64,000 bases of DNA from Callorhinchus milii (taxonomy: Eukaryota): contig NW_024704742.1 of the NCBI RefSeq assembly GCF_018977255.1, positions 56,670,001 through 56,734,000 on the forward strand. The letters are read 5' to 3'. The translations under genes were made by a program, and so were the position numbers. The notes under the pieces are model-generated. The model was not told the origin of the DNA. It saw only the letters and a list, made by a program, of their open reading frames with translations, and made no database searches. This document shows, piece after piece, positions 13,496 to 27,146 of this stretch; the first letter of the stretch is position 1, and the number at the start of each line of letters is the position of its first letter.

Positions 13496-13933
13496 AACCT
13501 GGCTCAGTTGGTAGCACTTTCACCTCTGATTCAGAAGCTTGTGAGTTCAAGCCCCATAATCAGGACTTGGAACTCATATGGTCTAAGATGACACTTCATT
13601 GCAGTGCTGGGAGTGTGCTGCATTGTTGGAGGTGCTGTCTTTCAGATGATAAGTTAAACCGAGGCGCCGTCTGCTTGTTCAGGTGGATGTTAAAGATCCC
13701 AAGGCACCATTCAAAAAGAGAAAGGAGTTTCTCCTGATTGCCTGGCCAATGATCCCCCAGATAAATTTGGTCATTCACTTTGTGGCTATTTGTGGGATAT
13801 TGCTGTGTACAACTTATCTGCTGTGTTTTCCCACAAAACACAATCACTACGCTTTACAGTATGTCCTGTGAAGAGCTTTGAGACATCCTTCCAATGTAAA
13901 AAGAGTCATACCAAATGTGAGGATTATTATTAT
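13496..13933 (+). mobile_element. DeuSINE (SacSINE1-like), full length
   Basis: A box ggctcagttggtagcac, B box gagttcaagccc, Deu core ggaggtgctgtctttcagatgataagttaaaccgaggcgccgtctgc..aaagatccca, tail ggattattattat. Confidence 0.85.
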
Positions 13934-15049
13934 CCTCTGATGGGGCTTCACCTTTCCCTAAGGCAGGTGGTGGGATAGGGAGGAGGAGGGAGAGAGAGTC
14001 TGGATGCCACCACTTTACAATTTGCACCTTGAGATCGAGTTTGGGGAGAGGTCGTCTGAGCTACTGTGGCTTTACATGCATGTATTGATATACATACGTT
14101 TTAGATTCTCCAAGATGAGTTTTATAGATCAGTGGCAAAATAAGCTCTTGTACTCTGATAGCCTCTGACAGCATTTCTGTCATTAATTTTGGTTTACAAT
14201 TGTCTTAAATCACATCTTCTTCTCAGTTCCTTTTGTTGCCTAGACCTGTTAGGGATGTATTTTATTTGTGAAAAGACTTATTGCCCTTAAAATTCATGAC
14301 TGGGTTTATCACACAAGTTCAGTTCATCTGTCTATCAAGAGCTAATACTTAATGACCGAGGCAATGAATATATCATCATAGTGCAAGATGAATGTTGTTT
14401 TAATCATCCAAATCAGACTTTGATATCCTGGAAGTGAATTAGCTGTTCTCTACACAGCCCATTTGAAGTGATGAGACCAGTAGTTTTCTACCTTAATGGT
14501 CCCTGAAGAACAGTAATATTTTCTCTTCCTTGTAGTCAAAAGTTACTTAACTAATCAGCAAAAAAAGAAATAACTTCCATCATTCTAACAGTAGTTTAAT
14601 TTATTTAAAATGGTTCACGACTCTGTTAATGAGAGTGTATTCCATCCGCATGTCAAAGAAAGCAAGCTAAGTTAGTTCATGGTTACTTCAATTTTCAGAT
14701 TTAGGGGGTTCAAACTTCCGACAGCCTGAATCCAACTCAACTCCAAGAGTTCAGAATAAAAAAAATGTTCAGCCATCAGTTACTCAGCAGATAAAATCAT
14801 GAACTTGACAAGCAACATCTCTGCTATTCGATCAGCCCTGCACCAGGAGGTCCAAGTACCCGTGTGCGAGACATCCACAAGAACATCAGAGACCAATACC
14901 TGAGTTAATGTATTAGATTTCCACTAGACCACCTGGCACTACTATCTGTGCTGTTAGATCTCTATTAAAACCACTGCAAGAAAGACATGAACTACTATAT
15001 TGTGCCACTTCATTTTTGGGATCAACCAACTGCACAAAGAAAATTGTGT

Positions 15050-15600
15050 TGCAGAAATATGCATTTCCTTCAGTTAAATTTTAACAAAACTGAAGCCTCC
15101 TGCTTGTTTGTTGCCAGTGTCTTTACACCTGCAGGCTCCAATTCCATCAAACTCTGGCTGCTTCCTCAGATTTAATCAGTCATTATTCTGTTCAAATCCT
15201 AGCTGTCCTCCATCAAATCCTTTGTCTGGTCTGTCACTAAGATCTTCTTTTTCCATCTCTGCTTATGGCCTTACCTGCTACTGAAATCCTCGTTCACCTC
15301 AAGGATGAACATCTCCAATGCCTCCTCACCTACTTCCCTATCTCCACCCTCCATAGGCTTTAACTCATGCAGTCCCTTTCGCCTCCAGTCCTACCCGCCT
15401 GTCCATATCAATGCCCTGGGACGTCTTTCCGAAATGAAGGGCGCGATACAAGTGTAATTTGTTGTTGTTGTACCCTCATCTTCTTCAATTCTGATCTGTT
15501 GCTTATTCTTCACTCTCTGATTCCCACTTCTCTCTCTTCCTTCCTTGAGTCTTCAGCACTGCACCCATACTCACTGGAACTCGCTTTCAAAACCTATTAG
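15050..15600 (+). mobile_element. Old degraded L2 fragment
   Basis: Translates to NMHFLQLNFNKTEA (L2 motif NFLQLNxxKTE); tgaaatcctcgttcac; ctttcaaaacctat; embedded tail at ~15410-15470. Confidence 0.55.
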
Positions 15601-16168
15601 CCTCTTATCCTCTCCTTAGAACCATAGAAATCAACATAGAAGAAACCATTTAGCCCATCTTGTCTGTGCTGGGTCTTTTAGAACAATGTTTTCAGGCCCA
15701 TTTACCTGTTTTAAGAAAGCATACTAAAAACATACCCACTGGACAAAATCATTATACTTAATTCTTTGATTCTGCACGTTCATTTAAATAAGTGCATTGT
15801 TAAATGGGTCCTGAAATGACAATATTTTGGAGATTTATCCTGCTAATGAATAAAAATACTTATTTGAGCGTTGGAGAGTAAGAAAATCTGACTTGAGTGC
15901 CTAACTAGTTGCTGGTTAGGTTTGTTCACATTTGTTGACGTAAAAATAACAGAATCACTTAGAAACTTCAATTGATTTCTGCTTATTGTTTCACAAGCCA
16001 AGTATATTTGTTGTTGCACAGAGATGTAGGGGAGTCGCCTAACTGGGAATATGTTTTGACTACTGACTGATATGTGAGATTGGCAAAAGGATTTCTAAAT
16101 AACAGATGATGTAGCTACTTAGACGGGTTTCAGTCTGTCCCCGATAGGAATGTTGTCAGATGATAGGT

Positions 16169-16534
16169 GGAGTTTCATAACTCAGTGGTTAGAGCACTCG
16201 CCTCGCAAGCAAGGGGACCAGTGTTTGATTCCCGGGCAGGGAGAAACTTTTGGCAAGTTTCCTTACTCCATAACTCTGTTTACCTAGCAGTAAGTAGGAA
16301 CCTAGTTGTAGCTGATTGGCGGATCGCTTTTCCGGGGTTAATAATTCATTCAAAATAAATAAAAATACTTTGGTCACTGAATCAACGACTGTTTGTAGGA
16401 CACTGCAGGGCGCAATTGTCTACCGCGTTTCGCCCACAAAATATACAATCAATTCACTTTATACTCTGTGAAGTGCTTTGCGACATCTCGAAGGAGTGAT
16501 AAGGCGCTACATCAAATACAAGGCTTATTATTAT
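16169..16534 (+). mobile_element. tRNA-derived SINE, long subfamily, full length
   Basis: Head ctcagtggttagagcactcgcctcgcaagc, internal ctgtttacctagcagtaagtaggaacc..gcggatcgcttttccgggg, (ATT)n tail. Confidence 0.9.
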
Positions 16535-16680
16535 ACTCTTGGACTATGGTCCGGCGTTACAGAAATAAAAACTGAGATTTGATGTTTGAGCAGAGTTGCA
16601 GAGACTGCACCGGGTCAGGCTAAAAGAATGAAAAATTGTCTCAAATCATTTTAAAAGTAAAATTGCGAATTTCTAAATTA

Positions 16681-18645
16681 CAACAACAACAACAAGATTT
16701 CATTTACAGAGCGCCTTTCATGTCGGGAGGATGTCCCAAGGCGCTGTACAGTTGGGTCAGGACCCGAGCAGGGGGGAAATGGTCAGGGTGAGGGGAGGGA
16801 AGAGAGAGAGCGAGGAGGGGGTAGGGAGTCGAGAGGGGAGCTGAAGGCACAGTCAAAGAGAAAGGTCTTGAGACCAGCCTTGAAGGAGGAAAGGGAGGAA
16901 GCAAGGCGAAGGCACTGGGGGATGGAGTTCCAGAACCTAGGGATTGAGAAGCTGAAGGCCTGGCCACGGATGTTTGGGCAGGGGTTGTGGAGCGGAACGG
17001 AGGGTACGGGCAGGTAACTTGGGGGACAATAGGTCGGAGAGGTAGGAGGGAGCAAGGCTGTGAATGGCCTTGTAGGTGAGGATGAGGATCTTGAATTCGA
17101 TCCTCTGGGGGATGGGGAGCCAGTGGAGGCGAGCGAGGGTGGGAGTGATGTGGTCCTGGTGCGGGACAGTACACGAGCTGGAGAGTTCTGAATGACCTGC
17201 AGCTTGTGGAGGGAGGTGGCGGGAAGACCGGCGAGGAGAGAGTTCCCATAGTCCAGCCTTGAGGTGATAAAGGCGTGGACCAGAGTTTCAGCAGCGTGAG
17301 GGGTGAGGTAGTGCCGTAGTCTGGCGATGTTTCGGAGGTGATGGAAGGCGGTGCCAGTTGTGGCGCGGATATGAGGAAGAAAGGACACCCTGTGCGGGGT
17401 GGCCGGGGGGACGGAGGAGTTGTGATGTGGTAGAGAACAGAAGCCTGGGTTGTTCTTTGCCTCCAGGATTATCCTGGAGTAGAAGGACGACTTGGCCGAG
17501 GCTAGAGTGGAGCGGTAGATTTTGAGGAGGTCCAGCCAGATTTGTCGGTGGACCGTTAGGCCAGATTTGAGGCAGGTGCGTTCAGTGGCATGGACCTGGC
17601 TCCTGGCTCTTCAGTGAGCGGAGGTGGGTGGTGAACCAGGGGGAGGAGCGAGAGTAGCAGACTGTATGGGAGGTGATGGGGGCAAGAGTGTCGAGTGTGG
17701 AGGAGAGGGTGTTGTGGAGGAGGGTGAGAACTGAAGAGGGGTCAGTGAGGGTTGAAGGCCAGAGGGAGAGGAGTTCAGAGGACTCCAAGGCAGCGATTAG
17801 GGATTGTGGGGGTAACTTCTTCCAGGGGCGGTAGAAGATGGTGGTGGGTCTGGTGGAGGTGGTGAAGGAGATGAAGTGGTGATCGGAGACGGCCTTGTCG
17901 GTAATGGTGACATCCGAAACACTGAGGCCCCGGGTGATCACCAAATTGAGTGGGTGGCCATGACTGTGAGTGGCGGAGTTGATGTGGAGGGAGAGGTTGA
18001 GCGAGGAGAGCAGGGAGGAGAAGTTTGAGGAGATGGAGTGGGTGAAGTGCAGCTTGAAGTCGCCCAGAATGATGAGGCGATCAGAGCAGAGGCAGAGAGA
18101 GGCTCTTGAACTCTATCCCCCAGTGCCTTCGCCTTGCTTCCTCCCTTTCCTCTTCAAGGCCAGTCTCAAGACCTTTCTCTTTGACCGTGCCTTCAGCTCC
18201 CCTCTCAACTCTCTACCCCCTCCTCGCCCCCTCCCTTCCCTCCCCTCACCCTGACCATTTCCCCCCTGCTCATGTCCTGACCCAACTGTACAGCGCCTTG
18301 GGACGTCCTCCCGACGTGAAAGGCGCTCTATAAATGGAATCTTGTTGCTGTTGTTGAGAGATGTTAGGAGGGTAGAAATATCGGAGATGAAGGTGGGAGA
18401 GGTTTTAGGGGGCCGGTAGAGGAGGAGAATTTTGAGTGAAAGAAAGGAGGGGTGGGAAAGGGTGAGGTGCTCAAAAGAGGGGAAAGAGTCAGAGGAGTAG
18501 GGAGATAGGGCAAGTGGCGTCCTTGAGAGATAAGGGCTATACCACCGCCATGGCGGTTGGGGCGAGGGATGTGGTGGAAGGTGTAGCTGGGTGGTGTGGC
18601 CTCCGTGAAGGGGAAGGTGTCGCTTGGGGTGAGCCCCCATTGGGG
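16681..18645 (-). mobile_element. Young L2 LINE with APE endonuclease region joined to the 3' end (RT domain missing)
   Basis: APE motifs (TPPSYTFHHIPRPNRHGGGIAL, LLLYRPPK, LGDF, SDHHFISF, SPWFT) at 17390-18645; C-terminus (HLRNIARLRHYL..HAFITSRLDYGNSLLAGLP) at 16783-17388; (CAA)n tail at 16681. Confidence 0.9.
18099..18356 (+). mobile_element. L2 3' end nested in opposite orientation inside the preceding L2
   Basis: Near-identical inverted copy of 16681-16935; the host APE frame (DISTLLTSL|CLCS) resumes on both sides; short agaga duplication at the junctions. Confidence 0.9.
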
Positions 18646-21600
18646 TGAGCACCAATTAGTCCCCATTTTTGTTAATTATACCTCATATAGTTTCAGGCCA
18701 TGTCATGGTGCAGTATAAATCAAGTGTTAGTATTGCTGTTTAGATTCTGAGTCCTACTTCCAAACAGGATCAATGTGTTAGCTGCAATGTAGGAAAGAGG
18801 TTTGAGCTGGGGTGGATTTCTAAAGCATTTTCAAACTCAAACTAAATTGGGTGATCATATGACCAGCTTTTTCATCACATTAAAACACTAACTGGCATTT
18901 GGCACCTGGTAGTGGAGTGCTCTGCATTATTTGGCTACATACAGAGTTCTCCTCAGTCTTGGCCAGTGTGATTTCCTGGGAAGCAAATGTAAATCCTGAT
19001 TCAAATCACTTTATTGCTGGAGGTGATGAGGAATTGTTCCAATAGCTGTCAAAGCAGAAAAGCTCTCTCCAGTACTCTTTATATTTGTGGTACTTAGAGG
19101 CCATACAAGTTATTCTTCAATGGTCTTAATCTTTATGAAACTTCTCATTGAATAACTTTGCTGAACCATGGCAGGAAGGAGAAAGAATCTCCAAACTCAA
19201 TTAAAAGCTTTCCAGCTTTACTTTTGTGGTTTATACGATCAGCTGAACTCTGCAATTATGTTACTGCCATGTGTACCATTTATTGCATAATAAACCCAGA
19301 GAAGAATAAGGTAGTTGCACCTCAGCAAATGAAGATTACGATCCCATTCTTCAATGTAGTATTGTATGTCATAATGTAATGTCCACTAATTTACAGCACA
19401 CTATTGTGCAATATCAATCAAGGTATGAGGATGCAATTGGCCTCTTCACTCATGCAGCAGTGTATACTTGCTTCTTTTGTGCACCAAAATAGTTAGATCC
19501 TGATATATTTTGTTATTTTTGAGATTTGCTCAAGGGCACAATGAAACCTAAGCTTATAAATATGCATGACATTCCTTTTAATTATATCTGTCCCTGTGCA
19601 ACATGAATCCACTTAAATATGAATACAGTTTCAAAAGGGAACTAGATACAATACCTGTATAATGTATGTTTAAACATTTTAATAATTCACTGAAGACTGG
19701 ATATGGTATACAACTGTGGTTTCAATTTGGATTTTAGTTGTCTTACAAACTGCTTCAAATGCTAGGCATAACATGAAAAAATGTTGCCCAGCTTTCTATT
19801 GAATAAAGACAATGCCTGGTATAGTGTGAAACCATGCAGAGCAAAAAAATTTAATTTCAAATCTCAATCTATACCGAATTAGGTGGATCAAAGCATATTG
19901 AGCATTTGAGAGGATCTTTCCCTGGACTAGGAAGGGGAAAGAAGCTGCCACAAAGGGCTCTCCTAAGGTCATTGTCTTCCCCCACCACGTACCTCCCCTC
20001 CCCACTCTAGTGGAAAATAATTTGTGTGATTATTGAGTAAAGACTTGCTTATAAACAAAATAAACATTTTGTTTGTCGCCAATGTAGGATTGTAGGAATG
20101 TTCCAATTTGAGACCAATTCTAAGATGACCCTGAAAGTCACTCACACCAATACTTCTTTGGAAGAGCACTGTTTTTTGGGCAGCTAAGGTCTGAGTTATC
20201 CGGAAACTCATCACCATGCTTAAGATTATCAACCAGGCTGAATGCTCCACATATCTATGCCATCCATGCAAGGAAATTTATAAGTTATCTGGAACTGAAT
20301 GCACATTCTCTTTCTACAGTGACCTACCCAGCTTACCTAATTCCAGAGACCATTAGGTGCAGGTTGGCAAGAGCCTTGAGAACACTGCCTTAAAATTTAA
20401 GGCAGTGCAGACTTTTGGGAGTGTTAAATACAGTCATGATTGGCTCTGTGTGGGTCAGTCTTTTATTGAATAAACGTCCTGTGCCAACAACAACTTGCAT
20501 TTATATAGATTGTTGGCCAGGACACCGGGAAAAATTTCCCTTCTCTTTTCAAATAATGCCATGGGATCATCAATGTTCACCTGAACAATGAAGATGATCC
20601 ATCACCAGCTACATTATAGCTAAGCTGGTTAATCATCTTATGAGCTAATGAATCTGGATACTCCTCCCTGTTGTGGGCCATTAGTGGATGTTTAAGAGAA
20701 CGTTTTTTGCTGGTGGCGCTAAGGATAATAAAATTTGTTGTTTGCCATCCAGCTGTGATGGACCAAGTGCTGGCTCGTGACTGTTCTCTCTATTTGTGTT
20801 GTCATGAAACACATGGTACTTGTACTCCACTGGTTACCCCATTGGAATTTGTTCTGGGTTACAAGCCTGAGCCCTGAGACACATCACCCTATAATTTTGG
20901 CTCTGGCATGTTCTAAACATCTCTCCTTTTACCTTCAACCGTCTATTTTTGTAAACTATAACTATATTTAAAAACTTTTGAATATTGGTTTGCTATAATA
21001 AATTTACAACTTGCATTTTTCACGCTTCCCCGTTTCACAGACTAGTTTTACTCGTAAAAGGACAACATTCATCTGGTTCATTTCAGCTGTATAAGTAGAA
21101 ATGAGAATATGAAATGAGAATATTCTGATTTAGGCCAGTGACCATCAAGCTTTGAAATAAGTTTGTTGCATCTGTCAATCACACATTTAAATAAGAAATG
21201 ATGTAATGTTGCAATGGTTCTGCTGACAGATTATCAACTCAGAACATTCATCTGCTACATCTTCTGGCTTCCTGCACAATCAATCATGTAACTTCCTCGT
21301 CACTCTCTTCTTCTATACATTCTGAAATATCCATTCTGCTGAACGCACAAGATTCAAGCTTTTAGCTCCGTCTGAGCGAACAATATTTGGTGGAATGGAA
21401 TTGAAATTCTGTTAACATCAGCAGCAATCTGCAATCTTTGGACCAAAACATTAGTGATAAACTCAGACACCTTTAATAATTGATCAAAAAAAATCAAGAT
21501 GGATAGCTCATTGAATTTAATTGTATCACGATTTTGACTTCCAGGTTTTTTGTGCCCCAACATATTTGCTTATTCTTTATGTAACACGATCCTGGCTAAA

Positions 21601-21974
21601 GTAAGGGTATTGTTTTCATTTTGCAAGTCTGCAGTTCAAGGCTGAAAAGGACATAACACGCACTTTTCTAAATTGTACTTACAAAGCAGACTGCGACTAT
21701 AATTGCAGGATGCAAAAGCATATTTGCTACTTTTAAAATGCGGCTGGCATTCTACTTTCAGGTTGACCAAAAATAATTGACTCTTGAAACCGAATGTTGG
21801 CTTTAGAACTGCCTTCACTGTGTTTAGGAGCATTGTTGTGCCCCCCGCCACACACAAACAGATTTTAGCAAATCCCACTGTTTTAGTCTAAAGCACAGGT
21901 TGCAACCAGCAAGCCAACTCATTCGTGGAATACTGCAATCTGGCTTCTTTTTCCAATTCTCAGGGTTGAGTATG

Positions 21975-22440
21975 TCAGATTGGTTCAATAGTAGCACACT
22001 CGTCTCTGAGTTAGTAGGTTGTAGGTTCAAGCTCCGCTCTGGGTCTTTGAACTTGTATTGTCCAGTCTGACACTGTAAAGCAATTCTGCTGGTTAGAGAT
22101 ACCATCCTTAGGATGAGACATTTAAACTACAGTCCCACCTGCCTGTTCAGGTGGATGTTAACTATTCCATGGCACTACTCATAAGGGGCAAGTTTTTCCA
22201 GGTGCCCTGGCGAGCAAGTATAATTAGTTATTCACTTCAGGGCTTTTGCGGGACATTGCCTTTGTACAAATTGGCTGCCATGTTTGCCTACAAAATGCAT
22301 GGGCTACGCTATACCATATGATACAATTTACATTTATGTAGCACCTTTCACATGTGGAATATGATCCTATGAACTGCTTTGAGACAGCTCTCTGACATGA
22401 AAGGTGCTGTATCAAATGTAAGGATTATTGTTTTATTATT
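21975..22440 (+). mobile_element. DeuSINE (SacSINE1-like)
   Basis: gtagcacactcgtctctgagttagtaggttgtaggttcaag; ggatgagacatttaaac..ctgcctgttcaggtggatgtta..ccatggcactac; tail. Confidence 0.75.
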
Positions 22441-22451
22441 ATTTATGTTTT

Positions 22452-22836
22452 AGCCTGGCTCAGTGTTAGCATGCTCCCCTCCGAGTTAGAAGGTTGTGGG
22501 TTCAAACCTGACATCGGGCGTTGAACTCACGTAGTCTTACAGTCCAAGGAGTTGCAATGTCAGAGGTGCTTTGGATGAGATATTAAAATCGAGGACCCAT
22601 CTGCGTGTTCAGGTGGAAATTAAAGATACCACCTGGTACTTTACCATTAAGCTAAAGATCTTTGGGACGTCCTCCCGACATGACGAATGCTATAACGAAT
22701 GCAAGCATAACTATTATTATATTATTTCGCCCACAAAATATACAGTCAATTCACTTTACAGTATATTCAGTGAAGTGCTTTGAGATGTCTTGAAGACTTG
22801 ATAAGGCGCTTTATCAATGCAAGAAATATTATTATT
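22452..22836 (+). mobile_element. Second DeuSINE (to ~22720) plus an adjacent SINE 3' tail
   Basis: agcctggctcagtgttagc..agaaggttgtgggttcaaa; gaggtgctttggatgagatattaaaatcgagg; second tail tttcgcccacaaaatatacagtc at 22724. Confidence 0.75.
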
Positions 22837-24595
22837 AACTGAAGCTCAGCCATGCTACCTTCGGAGTTTGCACCTGTTCTGCACAGTTGACTGAAAGCTT
22901 CCCAAATGCTACCTGTTTTGAGACTTGGCGTGAACAGGATATTAGACTAAATGATCCCCAGAAGAGCAAGCCACAATTGGCACATGGTTCAGGGCTTAAA
23001 TAGTGAAAATAATTTAAAATAAGGAAAAGAAGCAGCCTTCTAAACCCCCCTCCACCCCCCACCCCAAGTTGGCTCTCAAGGATATGGGCTGACCGCAGAA
23101 GTCATTAAATTAATTAAATTTAAAAGGAGACTTTTACTATCCTCCTGCATATTGCATTGTGAAAATTACCTTCAAAATAACTGATGGTAAATACGATGAA
23201 TAAAAAAGTGGTTAACCGATACAGTTTAACATTACCCGAGGAACGATCCAAAGAATTTGCAAGCCCTGAAATTTACTGGCCAAGTGACTTCTCTGAACGA
23301 TTTCAGTTTCACTCCATTCTCTTTACCTGATACTCTGGCCTGGTGCCAGTGTTACACAAGGGTGCTCCACAACTGACTCATGAGGGAACAGTTTGAGTCT
23401 GGAGAGAGCTTCATGCGAAGTTGGCATCTGACCCAGCAGTTTGAAGCAGAAATCCATTTGGTGGAGATTGGAACAGCCGGTGGGAGATGATCAGCAGATT
23501 GAAACCTTAGTGATCTATTCCTCTGGGAGGAAGGGGACTCTGCACACATTGCCACATTGCCATCCGGCGTGGAGGGCGCTATATAAATCCCAGTTGTTGT
23601 TGTCTATTGGTGAGGGAGTAGGTGCACGCAGTACTAACACCGAAGCCCTCAAGGCTGCTTTGAGGGAATTTACATTATAAATTTGTATTGCACTTGAGGA
23701 AGGCAGAAGATAGCCAGGGTCTTGTAGAAAAATGTCAGGAAAGACAATTTGCCTTTGAAGTGCCTTCACAAGTTGGTGAACTGGATTCTAAATGAGGCAG
23801 GGTTTCAGAGTCCAATTGTGGTTGTTATTATTTTTGTAATACCTATGCACAAGAAGTGTGACCCTCGTGAGTTGAATAGTAATGAGGAAACTATGCATTG
23901 AGCTAACGGCTATTGGGAGGAATTACCTGAAGTCTGCACTTATAAACCATGATCATATATCCAGGGCTTGGTATCTAACTTGTGCAGAGAGATGAACTGC
24001 TGCTGCTGAAGTTCTGAACTTCCAACTAGTGGAACCACCTTTTAGTGGGTAGGAAGATGTGTCTAAGCTGTGGGCAGAAGGATAGTGGCAATACACAGAC
24101 CACGCTAGTTTGTACTGCTCAACAGGAGGCTCACAGGGAATTCCTGGTGCCTGCTTTCCACCTAGTGAGGATTCGGCTTGTGCTTGCCAGATGTCAATTT
24201 ACTGTCTCGTTGAGAGGTAGTAAATTGGGTCTCCTTGGGGCTAAGCTGGTTCTGAGGTGATGTTTCTGTTGCTGGAATATTGGAATCTACTCAATCCTTA
24301 GTAGTCTAGTTCCTGAGCCAAGCTGGTCTGCAGTACTCCAAAACACTGTTGATGACAGATCAGTCAGCCTGGCTTGTCAGCAGCAACCTGGGAGAGGCAG
24401 ATCAGTCACTGGAAGGAATGTTTCCAACTTGTTAACCCTATAAGCCAAAGCCCTTAAAGGTAGGGTGGTCTTAGCTGGACAACCAGTGGAATGTTTTACA
24501 AACAATGCTTGCATTTATAAGATGTGCGATTTTTGTTTAGCTGGTTAAATTCCAACAGTATCCCAATCTAATTCTGGGGTCTTCTAGCTTTGAAT

Positions 24596-24913
24596 ATAAT
24601 AATAATAATAATCCTTGCATTTGATATAGCGCTTTTCACGTCGGGAGGACGTCCCAAAGTGCTTCACAGAACACACTGTAAAGTGAATTGACTGTATATT
24701 TGTGGGCGAACGCGGCAGCCAATTGCGCACAGCAATGTCCCACAAACAGTCGTGGATTGAAAATGACCAATTTATTATTGTTTTTGGTTTTTGGAGGGAT
24801 TATTATTAGGCGTGTGGAGTAAGGAAACTTGCCCAAGGTTTCGCCCTGCCTGGAATTGAACTCAGGTCTCTAGCTTGCAAAGCGAGTGCTCAACCACTGA
24901 GCTACAGGACTCC
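24596..24913 (-). mobile_element. tRNA-derived SINE, short young subfamily
   Basis: Near-identical to the 55297 and 59694 copies; aatat on both flanks (candidate TSD). Confidence 0.93.
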
Positions 24914-25999
24914 AATATCATCAATGTGCACCTAATACTTCCAGGCATTAGGTAAGCAGGTGGCCATCTAAGGAGAAAATGCACACTCTATTCCAGACAA
25001 ATGGGATATTTCCGTGTGCAGGTTGCATGTATGTGTGGAACTGGCTGGTGTGAACGCTCGTAAGTATGGTGATAGGTGTCAGACACCTGGCTGACCCACA
25101 AAATAAAAAACAGCTGCTGAAATTTCTCTGAAAAAATGAATTGAATTCTTCCACAGATTTTAGAGACTGTCCGATGGTAAGTTTCACTGAGCTCTGCCTA
25201 CACGATTCATATGTTACATTTAAACAGCAATTTTTTAGATGGTGTCAGACACTTTTTTTGCAGCATCAACGATGCTCTTGGTTTCTGATAAATCATCAGA
25301 ATCACGTACCTCGTCCTATCAATCGAGCTGTCAGGCTGGAGTTATTGCTGTCATTTTTATTATTGAGCTTGTGCTGTATCTCTGAATGATGCAGTGCCTT
25401 GTTTTCTGAAGTCACCTCCACCAATAGCCGGGCTATTCTTTGTTACACAGTACTTTAGCAGTGTAAATAAGGTCTCCTCTCCTGAGACAGCCTAATTTAC
25501 TGTTGACTTTCTCTCCACTAGTACAGTATTGCTCTTTCCTGTTACTGTCTTTTTTTCATGGGAGCAGTTTGAGATTGCTTTTTTTGTGTCTAACCTGAGT
25601 GGATGAACAAGCTCTAAGGCAATTAATAGACACATTTATATTTCATCGATGACACTGACCATCCATTACTTTGTGTTGCACCAATTTGCATTATATCACA
25701 TGTTAAGGGGTCATTGTTCATTGCTAATGAACAACCCTGGTTAAGGGATGCATAATGCCCCAATGACCAGCCGATGGAAAGAAATCCCTGTCTAATTATG
25801 CCACCCGATTTCCCTCTGTACTTTGATTCTCAAGAGTTTCGTGGGGGATCCAATTTTTCCTCTGCTGAAACATTTTTTGCTGCCACTATATATATAGGTC
25901 AGTACAATGTTCACGGGGTTGCGGGGGGGGAATCTAATGGTATCTTATTGAAGATGCACAGTCCATTTTGAGAATGCAGATCCATTTTCTGTGAATAAA

Positions 26000-26350
26000 A
26001 TAACAACAAATTACATTTGTATAGCGCCTTTCATGTCGGGAGGACATCCCAAGGTGCTGGATAATCAGAGATTTGGACCAAAGCACCAGTGGGGAGCAGG
26101 ACAAAGGACTGTTGGATGGAGTTCCAAAGGGTGGAGGCAGAGAAGCTGAAGGCCCGACCACCAATGGTGGGCCAGGTGTGGGCCGTGGCGCAGGTCAGAG
26201 CCTGGTAAACGGAGGAAGCGGACAGGTTGATATGGGGTTAGCAGATCACAAAGGTAGGAAGAAGCAAGGCAGTGAAGGAGAGGATGAGGATTTTGGCTCT
26301 ATCCTCTGGGGAATGGGAAGCAGTGGATCCAGGCGAGGGTGGGGGTGAAA
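26000..26350 (-). mobile_element. L2 3' fragment, degraded
   Basis: aacaacaaa..gcgcctttcatgtcgggaggacatcccaagg; gatggagttcca; gctgaaggcccgaccacc; cctctggggaatggg. Confidence 0.75.
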
Positions 26351-27146
26351 GGAGGTAAAGGGGTGTTTGTGACATTTGATAGTATATAATGTGATGTTTG
26401 TGAAGTGTGATGAACCATGGGGGGACATTTGTGATGCGCATGGGGGATGTTTATTCAAGATCTATTTGGTCTTGATCCTGACTTTCGGACGTCTTTTCCC
26501 CTTCCCACCCCGAGCTCAGGTGCTGGGAAGGGGTAAAAACATCCGAGTAGACGCTGGGAAGGAGAAAAGACTGTTAAGCACTTACAAACATTTGTCAGGA
26601 AGACATTTAATTTGTTTGAATGGTATGATGGTATATAGTATACTTAAAGTCATGTTCCAATGGTGGCTTCGAGCCAAACCACATTGCTGTTCCTATATGC
26701 AGTATTCTCATCTGTCACAAGCAAATATTTGAGGACTAGCTAGAGAAAACCCCTTCTTTCATGAAAGATTTTTAAACATGTGATCCTACAAGATATATTG
26801 TATGCAGTGATGTTAGCAGATCAGGTCATGATTTGCAATGGGTCTCACAGTTTATTAAATGGTACTGAATTCTACCAAATCTATTGTACCAACTGAGTTG
26901 TTAGATAAAACCTTCCTGGGGTTTGAAATATTGTGTTATAAACCTGTCTGCTCGGCATTCTAGTAGTTTGTCTTTGAGGTCTGGTGTCACTGTGGTTGCT
27001 GCCTGTGAGTCTAAAAACTGCCATGGCCAAAGAAATTCTGTACTCGTTTCACAGGAAATCTTGGTGAATAAAACCAAGTTTATTTTGGGAGGTAAAGGGA
27101 GCTTGCCCTTTTCTCCCATCTTTCTTTTCTAAAGTCGCTGACTCTT

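Noticed and set aside
24636..24836. Recurrent ORF MGKFPYSTRLIII.. (also at 55377 and 59668) as a gene family
   Set aside because: It is a translation of the repeated SINE body
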